Shown: piece by piece, positions 1 through 9,405 of the stretch
How the letters are laid out: every line of letters starts with the position of its first letter
Numbering within the stretch: the stretch's first letter is position 1
Origin: Candidatus Anstonellales archaeon
Lineage (GTDB): Archaea; Micrarchaeota; Micrarchaeia; Anstonellales; J096
Length of the DNA stretch: 54,383 bases
Direction: 5' to 3'
Assembly: GCA_038740615.1 (NCBI GenBank)
Contig: JAVYLQ010000002.1
Coordinates: 1 to 54,383 of the forward strand
The notes under the pieces: generated by a model
Seen by the model: the letters and a program-made list of their open reading frames with translations, nothing else
Told to the model about the DNA's origin: nothing
Database searches by the model: none
Position numbers and translations under genes: made by a program

Positions 1-60
1 ATTGATCTGTTGTGAAAGGAACTATCAATCTAAACTCAAAACTCGATGGAATGTGATTAT

Positions 61-315
61 TCATCTTTTCTTGAGTATAGCGATCAATAGAACTAGAATT
101 ATTGGATGATTCTTCTTTTTATTCTCATCATTTCCAGAATAGTTTAACGTTAATATAGGTATATAGTTATTTTCTGGTGTAATTTCTACTAGTTCATAAA
201 TATCCGAATTTCCCTTTTTAACAACCTTCAACTTCACATCCTCCCCTTTTCTGATCCTATCGATTACGTTCAATAATTTTTCATTATCTGTTTGTTCAGA
301 GATAAATCTTTTCAA
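61..315 (-). CDS. hypothetical small protein with C-terminal hydrophobic segment
   Basis: 84-aa ORF. K/E-rich body followed by HPIILVLLIAIL near the C-terminus (tail-anchor-like). No recognisable family. Confidence 0.35.
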   Translation of the reverse strand: MKRFISEQTDNEKLLNVIDRIRKGEDVKLKVVKKGNSDIYELVEITPENNYIPILTLNYSGNDENKKKNHPIILVLLIAILKKR

Positions 316-358
316 AGAATCTCTCAGTAAATATCTGAAATCATAAAATATTAAATAG

Positions 359-429
359 TGCGGCCACCGGGATTCGAACCCGGGTCTTCAGCTTGGGAAG
401 CTGACATCCTGCCACTAGACTATGGCCGC
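359..429 (-). tRNA. tRNA-Gly (anticodon CCC)
   Basis: The reverse complement folds by hand as a cloverleaf: acceptor GCGGCCA/TGGCCGC, anticodon stem TCAGC/GCTGA, loop TTCCCAA, T-arm CCGGG-TTCGAAT-CCCGG, discriminator A. No intron. Confidence 0.9.
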
Positions 430-454
430 GAGCTAATATTTATATAAAGCTTAC

Positions 455-462
455 TTTTTAAA
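455..462 (-). promoter_or_regulatory. TATA-like box (TTTAAAAA on minus strand) upstream of tRNA-Gly
   Basis: The 5' edge lies 33 nt upstream of tRNA position 1, directly after the stop of the upstream DRG gene. Confidence 0.4.
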
Positions 463-465
463 TTT

Positions 466-1551
466 TCACTGATCATAGATCTGTATTATATCCCCATCAT
501 CCATCTTATGATCTAATCCTACTCTCTGCCCAGGATATTTTGCAGATGTTCCCCATACAATAGCATATTTGAAGTTCTCTTCCAATTCTCTGTGAATAGC
601 TCTACATACATCTCTAACGGTTGCGCCCCTTTTGAGTATAAGCGGATCAGAACTAACCTCTCCTTTCCAAGACTTGGTATAGATTCTTATAAAATCAAAT
701 TCTGTATATATTCTGTCTTTTAGAATTTGAATAGTTTCAGGGATATAATTGCTTACGAATACTGCTTTCGGGTATTTGGATTTTAATATTTCAATAGTAT
801 CAGTATCTACTAAATCTATTTTATTTACCACTACCAGAGATTTAGTATATACTAATGAGTCATCAAGACTATCCAAAAGATCCTGATATCCGACTCCTTC
901 ACCTACATATACATCAGCACTCCTTATTCCATTTTCATTAAGTATTGCGATGATCGTAGATGTATCTAGTTTTGAGTTGTTGAATATTTTCATAGGTCCT
1001 GATGCCCTCTTGCTTATTCTTACATCAGGTCTCTCTTTCTCCAATCTTATTCCTACTTCATGTAACATTCTTATGATTGAGCTTAGTTGCTTTTCAGCAG
1101 CAGTAGCTTCAACAACTATCAATATTAGATCTGCAGTTCTAACCACTGCTAATACCTCTCTACCTCTACCCCTTCCTTTACTTGCATCTTCTATTATTCC
1201 AGGTAGATCTAGTATCTGTATTTTAGCACCTTTATATTCTAATATTGCTGGTATAACAGATACTGTGGTGAAGGCATAATCAGCTGATTTTGATTCTTTA
1301 CCTGTGAGAGAAGTTAAGAGAGAAGATTTACCAACAGATGGAAATCCGACTAATGCTACTCTAGCATCTCCAGTTTTAGCTACATCAAATCCACCCCCAC
1401 CCCCTCCTCTCTTTAACTCCATCTTTAATTTCTCTCTCTTCAATTTAGCTATTTTAGCTAGTAATAAACTTATATGTTTTTCAGTAGCTTTGTTCTTTTG
1501 AGTTCTTCGAATCTCTTCTTCTAATTCTCTGATTCGTTGGTCAAAATCCAT
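466..1551 (-). CDS. DRG/Obg-family GTP-binding protein with C-terminal TGS domain
   Basis: P-loop GFPSVGKSSLL, DLPG and NKID G-motifs, N-terminal coiled region with a Gly run, and a TGS-like C-terminus. Typical archaeal developmentally-regulated GTPase architecture. Confidence 0.85.
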   Translation of the reverse strand: MDFDQRIRELEEEIRRTQKNKATEKHISLLLAKIAKLKREKLKMELKRGGGGGGFDVAKTGDARVALVGFPSVGKSSLLTSLTGKESKSADYAFTTVSVIPAILEYKGAKIQILDLPGIIEDASKGRGRGREVLAVVRTADLILIVVEATAAEKQLSSIIRMLHEVGIRLEKERPDVRISKRASGPMKIFNNSKLDTSTIIAILNENGIRSADVYVGEGVGYQDLLDSLDDSLVYTKSLVVVNKIDLVDTDTIEILKSKYPKAVFVSNYIPETIQILKDRIYTEFDFIRIYTKSWKGEVSSDPLILKRGATVRDVCRAIHRELEENFKYAIVWGTSAKYPGQRVGLDHKMDDGDIIQIYDQ

Positions 1552-1574
1552 CTATGTTTAATGTTATCGTAGAT

Positions 1575-1582
1575 CATTTAAA
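1575..1582 (-). promoter_or_regulatory. TATA-like box ATTTAAAT for the DRG gene
   Basis: Box spans -31..-24 relative to the ATG at 1551, implying a leaderless or near-leaderless mRNA. Confidence 0.45.
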
Positions 1583-1626
1583 TGTTATTAGTCAATTATG
1601 AAACACTTTTAATTAAAATAAATAAC

Positions 1627-1634
1627 TTTTTAAA
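1627..1634 (+). promoter_or_regulatory. TATA-like box TTTTTAAA for ORF 1657
   Basis: Box spans -30..-23 relative to the ATG at 1657. Confidence 0.45.
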
Positions 1635-1656
1635 CACTTTGTGCTAATATAATATC

Positions 1657-2337
1657 ATGAAACTATCCAACCGATTAGATGTGGAGCAGAAAAATAGTAT
1701 CGGAACCAGAATAGTAGAGACAGTAGATAAACGCTTGGAAGATATCTTAAGGAGAAAGCCAGAACCAGATATGTTTTATAGTAGGATCGCAGAAGTATTT
1801 GATAAGCACCTAAATACCCAAAATAACTACCTCAAGCTTCTATCAATATTGCCTACTGATCATCCAACATTCAGAACTTTTCTAGCTAAGATAACCAATT
1901 ATAGTATCAGGGATCATAATGGGAACAATATATTACATGTTCTATTGAATAGAGATATGTTACATACAATTGTTCAGCAAGGATTCTATCGATTAAACCT
2001 CTGGGAAAGTGACAACAATATGGGAGTAAAACCTTTAGATCTACTATTAACTAAACTCTTTAAGGATAATAACAAAGAGAGAGATGAAGTAATTGTTATA
2101 CTCAGATATCTTATAAATAATCGAATTCTCAGTGATTACATGGCAAAACACGTAGCTGATAGTTTATTAGGATTCTATCAGAATACTAAAGACCACAGGC
2201 TCTTAGATCTTCTGGTAGATCTGGGGAAGAAATACGGGAAGAATACTGTGAATTCTGCAGCTAAGGAGATAATCAAGCTAGATGCAGTGAAAAATAATTA
2301 CCAGGAGTATCTCTTCTGGGAATACTATACAAAATAA
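1657..2337 (+). CDS. hypothetical protein, possible degenerate ankyrin-like repeats
   Basis: 226-aa ORF. DHNGNNILHVLLNRDMLHTIVQQG and DNNMGVKPLDLLLTKL resemble the ankyrin core (G-x-T-x-LH ... G-x-TPLdl). Followed by a T-rich tract. Confidence 0.5.
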   Translation: MKLSNRLDVEQKNSIGTRIVETVDKRLEDILRRKPEPDMFYSRIAEVFDKHLNTQNNYLKLLSILPTDHPTFRTFLAKITNYSIRDHNGNNILHVLLNRDMLHTIVQQGFYRLNLWESDNNMGVKPLDLLLTKLFKDNNKERDEVIVILRYLINNRILSDYMAKHVADSLLGFYQNTKDHRLLDLLVDLGKKYGKNTVNSAAKEIIKLDAVKNNYQEYLFWEYYTK

Positions 2338-2372
2338 AGATAATATTTAAATCTTTTCTTTTTATTTAATTC

Positions 2373-3314
2373 ATGCTTGATAGAAAACTATTGCTAGTTG
2401 GATTAGGTATCGCTGCTCTGTTTGCTGTGATAGGGTACTTGTCTTTCAGATTGGGAATTGACTTTACAGGTGGTTTTGTAATAACTATAATTTCAGAGCA
2501 GCCACTAACTATTCCATTTTCACATACTATTAAAACATCTGGACAGATAAATATTTACGAAATCTCTATGAGAATTGATAGAGATTTGGAGCAAGTGATT
2601 TCTCTGAGAAATGATTTAGTAAGATGTTTGAGAGAGCAGGTTAATGTTAGTGTCTGTGATACATATGTGGAGAGATTAGAGAGTATTTCGGAGATCCCTG
2701 TGGGAAATTCTAGTGCAATAGATTATGTTAATAGTGTCTATGAAACCATGGTAAATCGATCTATTTCAAATCTAATCTCTCAAATCCCTGGTGAATATTC
2801 TTATTCATACAATCTTATAACACCTACTCTCTCTACAGAGCTGTTTACAAAGATCCTATCAATTTTTCTATTAGGAATGGTATTTGTAACTATATACATA
2901 ATCTACACATTTAAAACCTGGTTCCCTACAATCAATATCTTAAGCGGAGCTCTTATTGATTCATTCATTACTCTTGGAATTGTTAGTCTACTCGGATTTG
3001 ATGTGGATTTAAGTATATTAGTTGGGTTATTGGTACTATTTGGATACAGTTTAGATACTAGTGTATTATTGGTTAGTAACTATTATCTCACTAGAAGAAT
3101 CGATAGTATAGATGAGAGCATGAAAACTGGGATATCAATGATAATGAGTTCTCTATTGGTTTTTATAATCATCTTCCTTATAGGAATTATTCTAGGTATA
3201 TCTTTCCTCAAGAATATCGGAGTAGTTCTGATAATTGGATTGATAGTTGATTTCTTCACATCATGGGGATATAATGCTTATCTAATCCAGAAATTCGGTG
3301 ATAGATATGGTTAG
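2373..3314 (+). CDS. secF: protein-export membrane protein SecF
   Basis: N-terminal TM followed by GIDFTGG, and a C-terminal 5-6 TM bundle typical of SecD/F. Directly upstream of and overlapping secD, the archaeal secFD order. Confidence 0.8.
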   Translation: MLDRKLLLVGLGIAALFAVIGYLSFRLGIDFTGGFVITIISEQPLTIPFSHTIKTSGQINIYEISMRIDRDLEQVISLRNDLVRCLREQVNVSVCDTYVERLESISEIPVGNSSAIDYVNSVYETMVNRSISNLISQIPGEYSYSYNLITPTLSTELFTKILSIFLLGMVFVTIYIIYTFKTWFPTINILSGALIDSFITLGIVSLLGFDVDLSILVGLLVLFGYSLDTSVLLVSNYYLTRRIDSIDESMKTGISMIMSSLLVFIIIFLIGIILGISFLKNIGVVLIIGLIVDFFTSWGYNAYLIQKFGDRYG

Positions 3315-4830
3315 ATTGGATTATGGTTTTCTGGTGATTGGGCTTCTAATAATATTATTTGGATTGATCGATGCAAGAGTAACAAATCTGATATCAATAT
3401 ATTTAATTTTAGGAATTATACTATCCACTATAATTGCTAAAAACAATAAATTCAATTACTTCTTAGGATTGGGTGTTATCTCAATTTTATCTCTAGTAAT
3501 ATTTGGCATCAATCTGGGAATTGAGTTCAGAGGAGGTACTAGAGTTATTCTCCAAACAGAGAGTTTTCTATCAAACACAGAGATGTTGGATCTGGTGGAT
3601 AGAATCAAATCAAGATTATCTGTCTTGGGATTAGAACAATTTGTAGTTAAGGGAATTGAAAATAGGATAATATACATAGAGAGCAGTACTCCTGATCTTG
3701 TTGATAGGATTAAGAATGTGATTACTAGAAGAGGAGAATACATAGGGATTGTTGATGGTGTTGTTGTAGTCAGAGGTGAGGATATTATTCCTAACAGTGT
3801 TCAAATAATATTGGATAAAGCTCAATTAGGAGGTGCTGATTGGGGTGTTCAGTTTGCACTAAATCCTAATGCAAATGCCAGATTCTTAGAATCGGTTAGA
3901 GGTAAGGCTAATAGACCTATCTATATGTTTCTTGATCCTCCTCGAAATATGTACATTCTACTGAATCGCTCCAAGCTTCAGGATCCAGCAGAAGCAATAG
4001 AGGTTCTCTCTTACTTGAATATTACTGTCCTATGGGATGATGAACCTATTGATATTAGTGATAACACAACAATTATATCAGATAGAGATCTTGGTCGTAA
4101 GAATCAAATTGTAGTGAATGAGTTTGATCTATACCCTGTATATAATTTTGGATCAATATCATCCTGGAAAGCTATAAATCTCATATCTGCTCCAAGATTA
4201 TCTCCATCCATAACTGCAGGTGGTAATATTGTTGGTATGAGATATCTGATCAGTGGAACAGCAAGGGACAGACCTGCTATAGATGAAGCAAGGGAGATTG
4301 CATCGGTTCTAAGAGGGGGAGGTATTCCTTATAACTTAGAGATCATAGGTACTACAAATATCCCACCTGTATTTGGAGAGTTGTCTTTATCTTATTCAAT
4401 AGCCGGATTGATATTAAGTGTGATATCCGTAGCTATATTCACAGCTATAAGATACAGAAATCTGATTATTGCAGGGATTATTGCAGCAATAACTATTCTA
4501 GAGATGACCATCCTTCTAGCTATTGTAGGAAGATTTACATTGGATCTAGCTGCTATAGTTGGGTTGATAGCTGCTGCAGGTGTGAGTATAGATGCACAGA
4601 TTATTATAACTGATTTTAGATTGAGAAGGCTATTGAAGTTTGAAGAGGTTTACAGAATTATAAAGAATAATACTATCATAGCAATTGCCGTCATCTTCCC
4701 TCTATTGCTATTAGGAAATGTAGAAGTAGTAGGTTTTGCTATAGTTGCAATAATATCTTATATTATGGGTTATCTAATATCTAGAACAGTATACAATGAA
4801 CTATTAGATAAATACGTATTCAAGAAATGA
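3307..4830 (+). CDS. secD: protein-export membrane protein SecD
   Basis: GIEFRGGT motif after the first TM, a large extracytoplasmic domain and a C-terminal TM bundle. ATG 3307 is preceded by GGTGA; the ORF track begins at 3298 with an alternative start. Confidence 0.8.
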   Translation: MVRLDYGFLVIGLLIILFGLIDARVTNLISIYLILGIILSTIIAKNNKFNYFLGLGVISILSLVIFGINLGIEFRGGTRVILQTESFLSNTEMLDLVDRIKSRLSVLGLEQFVVKGIENRIIYIESSTPDLVDRIKNVITRRGEYIGIVDGVVVVRGEDIIPNSVQIILDKAQLGGADWGVQFALNPNANARFLESVRGKANRPIYMFLDPPRNMYILLNRSKLQDPAEAIEVLSYLNITVLWDDEPIDISDNTTIISDRDLGRKNQIVVNEFDLYPVYNFGSISSWKAINLISAPRLSPSITAGGNIVGMRYLISGTARDRPAIDEAREIASVLRGGGIPYNLEIIGTTNIPPVFGELSLSYSIAGLILSVISVAIFTAIRYRNLIIAGIIAAITILEMTILLAIVGRFTLDLAAIVGLIAAAGVSIDAQIIITDFRLRRLLKFEEVYRIIKNNTIIAIAVIFPLLLLGNVEVVGFAIVAIISYIMGYLISRTVYNELLDKYVFKK

Positions 4831-4833
4831 GTA

Positions 4834-5058
4834 TTATTTGTTAGGATTGAATTTTTCTCTCTCAAACTTTCTCAAATTCTTTAATCTCTCTATAGCTCGG
4901 TTTAACTTTTCCTTAGTGAGTATTATCTTTTTCTTAGATCTCCCAGTGTACCTTCGTATCCTAGTTCTTTTAGGTTTGGTTGTATCGCCACTAACGAAGA
5001 GCAGCTCGGGATCGTATATGAAGAAATGTATGTTATCCGAAATTTTCTTCTTTTTCAT
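4834..5058 (-). CDS. hypothetical small basic protein
   Basis: 74-aa K/R-rich ORF. The opposite-strand ORF (4838..5107) has the hydrophobic low-complexity look of an antisense shadow. Confidence 0.4.
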   Translation of the reverse strand: MKKKKISDNIHFFIYDPELLFVSGDTTKPKRTRIRRYTGRSKKKIILTKEKLNRAIERLKNLRKFEREKFNPNK

Positions 5059-5215
5059 AAATATTTATACAATAAATTATTTTAAATATTTAATCTATTG
5101 TTTGTAGTTCTATCGAAATTATTATCAGAATTAATATGTTGATCTGAAGCTTATCTCTGATAATAGAACTCATCTAATACGTTATTAAATATGGCGACGT
5201 TGTATAGCGTTTTAG

Positions 5216-5289
5216 AGCCCCAGGAGGGATTTGAACCCTCGACCTACCGCTTACAAGGCGGTCGCTCTACCAGGCTGAGCTACTGAGGC
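5216..5289 (-). tRNA. tRNA-Thr (anticodon UGU)
   Basis: Reverse complement is GCCTCAG-TA-GCTC..GAGC-G-ACCGC-CTTGTAA-GCGGT-AGGTC-GAGGG-TTCAAAT-CCCTC-CTGGGGC-T. Discriminator U. Confidence 0.9.
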
Positions 5290-5354
5290 AACGATTCTTA
5301 AATAATATAAAAAGCTATTTAAAAGTATCATATCCATATAAAAAAGGGATAACT

Positions 5355-5687
5355 ATGGATGATCTTGAAAATGTGAATAGATTAATCGCGCAGAAATTGA
5401 GAGAGCTTAATTTATTACCTAGAGGGCAGACACTCACAGGAGTAGTGGTAAGTAATAGAGCAAAGAATACTGTTACTATTCTCAGAGAGATCGTAAGAAA
5501 GATACCTAAATATAATAGATATATGAGAAGTAGAAGTAAAATACATGCGCATGTTCCTAGTGGTATAGAAGTGAATGTTGGGGATGTTGTAGAGGTTCAG
5601 GAGACTAGAAAGATAAGCAAAACTAAAAGCTGGGTAGTAACTAGGATATTGAAGAGGGGTGAGATTTATGAAAGCATTGAGAGCTAA
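5355..5687 (+). CDS. rps17: 30S ribosomal protein S17 (uS17)
   Basis: GVVVSNRAKNTVTI ... VGDVVEVQETRKISKTKSWVV matches the uS17 OB-fold signature. First gene of the spc-like block. Confidence 0.9.
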   Translation: MDDLENVNRLIAQKLRELNLLPRGQTLTGVVVSNRAKNTVTILREIVRKIPKYNRYMRSRSKIHAHVPSGIEVNVGDVVEVQETRKISKTKSWVVTRILKRGEIYESIES

Positions 5688-6066
5688 GCCTGTTAAGGTA
5701 TTAAGTGTGGGTAGCTATTTGAAATGCGATGATAATAGCGGAGCTAGAGAGTTGATGATAATAGGGGTTGTAGGGTACAAAGGAGTTAGATCGAGAGTAC
5801 CAAAGGCAGGAGTAGGAGATATGGTGATATGTTCTGTAAAGAAAGGAGATCCAAAAATGGTTGGTACTAAGGTTAAAGCAGTAATAGTTAGGCAGAAAAA
5901 AGAATACAGGAGATACGCTGGATACAGAATCTCATTTGAGGATAATGCTGCTGTGGTAGTAAATGATGATGGAGTTCCTATTGGTACGGAAATCAAAGGA
6001 GTAGTGGCTAGAGAGGCTGTTGAGAGATATCCTAAGATAGCAGCAATCTCTCAAGGTGTTGTATAA
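5668..6066 (+). CDS. rpl14: 50S ribosomal protein L14 (uL14)
   Basis: LKCDDNSGARE...GDMVICSVKKG...AVIVRQKKE is typical uL14. GGTGA Shine-Dalgarno lies before ATG 5668. Confidence 0.92.
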   Translation: MKALRAKPVKVLSVGSYLKCDDNSGARELMIIGVVGYKGVRSRVPKAGVGDMVICSVKKGDPKMVGTKVKAVIVRQKKEYRRYAGYRISFEDNAAVVVNDDGVPIGTEIKGVVAREAVERYPKIAAISQGVV

Positions 6067-6067
6067 T

Positions 6068-6385
6068 ATGCACAGATCGAAAGTTAGAAAGATGCTCTAT
6101 AACGCTCCTATACATATTAGGAATAAGTTTCTGAACGTTCCTGTGGATAAGGCTCTTGTTGATAAATTTGGTAAAACTACAAGAGTTAGAATAGGAGATG
6201 TTGTTAGAATTATGAGAGGAGATTTTGCTAAGAAGGAAGGTAAGGTGGTAGAACTTAACACTAAGAGAGGAACAGTTTATATAGAAGGAGTGGTGAGGAA
6301 GAATGCTTCAGGTAAGGAGATATACATACCTATTCATGCATCTAAAATCATGCTTATAAAGAGGGGTGAGGATAATGGCAAATAG
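6068..6385 (+). CDS. rpl24: 50S ribosomal protein L24 (uL24)
   Basis: YNAPIHIRNKFL and the KOW motif RIGDVVRIMRGDFAKKEGKV. Operon position between L14 and S4e. Confidence 0.9.
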   Translation: MHRSKVRKMLYNAPIHIRNKFLNVPVDKALVDKFGKTTRVRIGDVVRIMRGDFAKKEGKVVELNTKRGTVYIEGVVRKNASGKEIYIPIHASKIMLIKRGEDNGK

Positions 6386-7049
6386 AGGACCTACTAAACA
6401 CTTGAAGAGACTTGTTTTACCATCATATATAAAGATAAGGAGAAAGGATAAGAAATATTTATTAAAACCATCTCCAGGTCCACATCCAAAAGATGATAGC
6501 ATTAGTCTTGGTGTGTTGCTAAGAGATTATATGGGCATAGCAGCTAATATGAGAGAAGTAAGATATATATTAAGAAATGGTAAGGTTAAGGTTGATGGGA
6601 GAATTGTAAAAGAGCCTAAATTCCCTATAGGTTTTCAGGATATAATCGATATTGATGGAGTTGGAAAGTATATTATAGATATAGACTCACACGGCTATTT
6701 TGTACCAAGAGATTATAATGGAAATTCTCAGATACTTAAAGTTATTAGAAAGACCAAGGTTAAAGGAGGAAAGCTCCAATACACTTTCCATAATGGTAGA
6801 ACTCTACTATCAGAAGATTCTTCTATAAAGATTGGTGATTCTGTGGTGTATGATGTGAATAGCAAAAGTATATCAAAAATAATCTCTCAAGATCTAAATA
6901 GAGAATGTATAGTGCTAAGAGGAAAACACAGAGGTTTCAGAGGAAAGATAAAACAGGTCTTGAATATAGGTAAGAGAGTTGCAGATGTGGTTAATGAGAA
7001 AGGAGAGAGTGTAAGGACAGATTACAAATATCTATTCCTATTAGGGTGA
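6375..7049 (+). CDS. rps4e: 30S ribosomal protein S4e
   Basis: N-terminus MANRGPTKHLKRL, an S4-like RNA-binding region and a KOW-like C-terminus. GGTGAGG lies before ATG 6375. Confidence 0.9.
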   Translation: MANRGPTKHLKRLVLPSYIKIRRKDKKYLLKPSPGPHPKDDSISLGVLLRDYMGIAANMREVRYILRNGKVKVDGRIVKEPKFPIGFQDIIDIDGVGKYIIDIDSHGYFVPRDYNGNSQILKVIRKTKVKGGKLQYTFHNGRTLLSEDSSIKIGDSVVYDVNSKSISKIISQDLNRECIVLRGKHRGFRGKIKQVLNIGKRVADVVNEKGESVRTDYKYLFLLG

Positions 7050-7054
7050 GGAGA

Positions 7055-7564
7055 ATGGGTAAGATCACAGATGTTAAGATTGATAAAGTTGTTTTGAATA
7101 TAGGAGTTGGTCAGCCTGGAGAGCGACTTGATAATGCAAAGAAGCTGTTAGAAATTATTACTGGGAAGAAGGCAATCTATACCAAGGCAAAAGAGAGAAA
7201 CCCTACATTTAAGATTAGGCCAGGATTAGAGATAGGTGTGAAAGTAACACTAAGAGGTAAGGATGCTGAAGAGATCTTAAGGAGAGCATTTGGAGCTCTG
7301 AAGAATACTATAAGAAAAAGTATGTTTGATAAGACAGGTAATCTATCTATTGGAATAAAAGAGTATATTGATTTCCCAGGAGTTAAATATATGCCTGAAA
7401 TAGGAGTTATGGGATTTGATGTAGTGGTTAGATTAATCAAGCCTGGATATAGAGTGGCTAGAAGAAAACGAAAACCTGGGAGAGTTGGTAAGAGACAAAG
7501 AGTTACAATTGAAGAGGCTATTGATTTTATATCTAAGAAATTTGATGTTAAGGTGATATCATGA
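7055..7564 (+). CDS. rpl5: 50S ribosomal protein L5 (uL5)
   Basis: KVVLNIGVG...[12 protein letters not shown]...[15 protein letters not shown] is typical uL5. Confidence 0.9.
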   Translation: MGKITDVKIDKVVLNIGVGQPGERLDNAKKLLEIITGKKAIYTKAKERNPTFKIRPGLEIGVKVTLRGKDAEEILRRAFGALKNTIRKSMFDKTGNLSIGIKEYIDFPGVKYMPEIGVMGFDVVVRLIKPGYRVARRKRKPGRVGKRQRVTIEEAIDFISKKFDVKVIS

Positions 7565-7710
7565 AAATAGATAATGCTAGAGGAAAAGGAGAGAGAAAGT
7601 GCAAGATATGCGGAACTACTAGAGGACTGATAAGAAAGTACGATATTTACATATGCAGAAGATGCTTCAGAGAGCATGCTGAAAAGCTTGGATTTAAGAA
7701 ATATCATTGA
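7561..7710 (+). CDS. rps14: 30S ribosomal protein S14 (uS14, zinc-ribbon type)
   Basis: Not in the ORF track (49 aa): [49 protein letters not shown]. It has CxxC...CxxC and sits in the canonical position between L5 and S8. Confidence 0.9.
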   Translation: MKIDNARGKGERKCKICGTTRGLIRKYDIYICRRCFREHAEKLGFKKYH

Positions 7711-7722
7711 GGGTGAGATGAG

Positions 7723-8115
7723 ATGTCTGTAGATCCATTTGCAGAGGTTGTTAATCAGATCAAAACTTCTGCCAGAGTAGGAAAACGTGAAATTATTCTA
7801 AAGAGGAATAATAGATTGATCAGAAATGTCCTGAACGTTCTAAAAGAAGAGGGATATATACAGGGATTTGAGTTAATAGGGGATGGATACCTACAGATGC
7901 TCAAAGTCACCCTGATACCTGAAAGAATTAGAGAGTTTCAAGTAGTTAATCCTAGAGCTCCTGTTAAGTATTTAGAGATAATACAGAAAGAGATGCAATA
8001 TTTACCTTCATATGTAGAGGGGATATTGATATTAACAACTCCCAAAGGAGTTATGAGTAATAGAAAGGCTAAGGAATTAAAAATTGGTGGTAGAATTATT
8101 GCGTATATATTCTGA
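7723..8115 (+). CDS. rps8: 30S ribosomal protein S8 (uS8)
   Basis: DPFAEVVNQIKT...ILTTPKGVMSNRKAKELKIGGRIIAYIF is typical uS8. Confidence 0.92.
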   Translation: MSVDPFAEVVNQIKTSARVGKREIILKRNNRLIRNVLNVLKEEGYIQGFELIGDGYLQMLKVTLIPERIREFQVVNPRAPVKYLEIIQKEMQYLPSYVEGILILTTPKGVMSNRKAKELKIGGRIIAYIF

Positions 8116-8126
8116 GGTGATAACAG

Positions 8127-8612
8127 ATGAGAGATATAAAAGTTGTAGTAGATAGTTCTGTTAGGGTTGAAGATAATAAGGTCATAATAGGGGATTACGA
8201 GTTAAAATTCAAGGGAGAGGGTTTAAGAATATGGATTGAAAATGGAGAGTTAATGGTGGAGGCAAAGAACAAAGCTATGATAAATACTGTAAAGAGGAAG
8301 GTGTTAAATCTACTCAAAGGCATCAAAGAACCTTATAGAATGGAATTGGTAGCAAGGTATCTCCACTTTCCTATAAAACTTGTATACAAGGACAATGTGC
8401 TAGAGATACAGAATTTTCTAGGTGAGAAAAATCCCAGATATGCAAAGATACCTAAAGGAGTAAAAGTAGAGATTAAAGGTCAGAATATCATTCTATCTTC
8501 TCCAGATAAAGAATTGTTAGGACAGGCTTATACTAATATAAAGAGGGCTGTGTTTATTAGAGAGAAGGATAGGAGAGTATTCCAAGATGGTATTTATAAG
8601 GTGATATTATGA
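8127..8612 (+). CDS. rpl6: 50S ribosomal protein L6 (uL6)
   Basis: Operon position after S8 and a two-domain uL6-like sequence (YAKIPKGVKVEIKGQNIILSSPDKELLGQ). Somewhat short at 161 aa. Confidence 0.8.
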   Translation: MRDIKVVVDSSVRVEDNKVIIGDYELKFKGEGLRIWIENGELMVEAKNKAMINTVKRKVLNLLKGIKEPYRMELVARYLHFPIKLVYKDNVLEIQNFLGEKNPRYAKIPKGVKVEIKGQNIILSSPDKELLGQAYTNIKRAVFIREKDRRVFQDGIYKVIL

Positions 8613-8980
8613 AGAAGAAAAAGATTCCTGAATTTAAAAATATTGGACCTAGTGATGGTCATAGAATGAAGAGGAGAATAAAGGATAGCTGGAGAAAGCC
8701 TAGAGGTATTGATAATAAGAAACGAGTAAGGGCTAAGCAATACGGTAAATCCCCTAATATAGGATACAAAAATCCTGAAGAATTAAGAGGGATGCATCCT
8801 TCTGGATATTTTGAGATTTTAGTGGAGAGGATTGAACAGTTGAATGATTTGGATAGAAATAGATATGCAATTAGATTGAGCGGTAGATTGGGTAAGAAGA
8901 AAAAGCTCGAGATTCAGAAGAGAGCCCAGGAATTAGGAATTCACATATTAAATCCTGTTAAGGAGGTGAGTTCAAAATGA
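8609..8980 (+). CDS. rpl32e: 50S ribosomal protein L32e
   Basis: SWRKPRGIDNKKR motif and operon position. Confidence 0.88.
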   Translation: MKKKKIPEFKNIGPSDGHRMKRRIKDSWRKPRGIDNKKRVRAKQYGKSPNIGYKNPEELRGMHPSGYFEILVERIEQLNDLDRNRYAIRLSGRLGKKKKLEIQKRAQELGIHILNPVKEVSSK

Positions 8981-9405
8981 ATATCACTACATTTAAGAGG
9001 CTTTTAGCGGATATCAAAGGTGTGGGGACTAATAGAATTAGGATTAAACCTGGTAGGGAGATTTTAGAGATTATTAAAACCAGTCTTGTGACTAGAAATG
9101 ATGTTAGGCAGAGATGGAAAGAGGTTGCTGATATAGTACCTGAAAAGAAGTTGCTTAGAAAGAGAGAGAAGAGAAAGAGAGGACCGGGTAGTAGAAGAGG
9201 AGCTAAGTATTCTAGATTATCTAAAAAAAGAAGATGGATGATAAAAGTAAGAGCTCTTAGAAAGCAAGTAAAGATATTGAAAGAGGAAGGTAAAATTGAT
9301 AATGCAACTAAGAAATTGTTGTACAGAAAGATCAAAGGTGGGGAGATCAAGAGCAAAAGATCTATGATGGAATTTCTATCTAGGTTGGGTGGTTTAAATG
9401 GCTAG
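8977..9405 (+). CDS. rpl19e: 50S ribosomal protein L19e
   Basis: KRLLADIKGVGTNRIRI N-terminus, basic middle region and operon position. Confidence 0.88.
   Translation: MNITTFKRLLADIKGVGTNRIRIKPGREILEIIKTSLVTRNDVRQRWKEVADIVPEKKLLRKREKRKRGPGSRRGAKYSRLSKKRRWMIKVRALRKQVKILKEEGKIDNATKKLLYRKIKGGEIKSKRSMMEFLSRLGGLNG

Noticed and set aside
950-1501. Plus-strand ORFs 950..1279 and 1304..1501 inside the DRG GTPase gene
   Set aside because: They are antisense shadows of a well-supported gene. Their translations are low-complexity (S/L/P-rich) with no motifs.
3456-3825. Minus-strand ORFs within secD
   Set aside because: They are antisense to a gene with clear SecD motifs and have no start context.
4838-5107. 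Plus-strand 89-aa ORF overlapping the 74-aa basic protein
   Set aside because: Its F/L/I-rich nonsense-like composition is typical of the reverse frame of a K/E-rich gene. The minus-strand ORF was preferred, itself only at low confidence.
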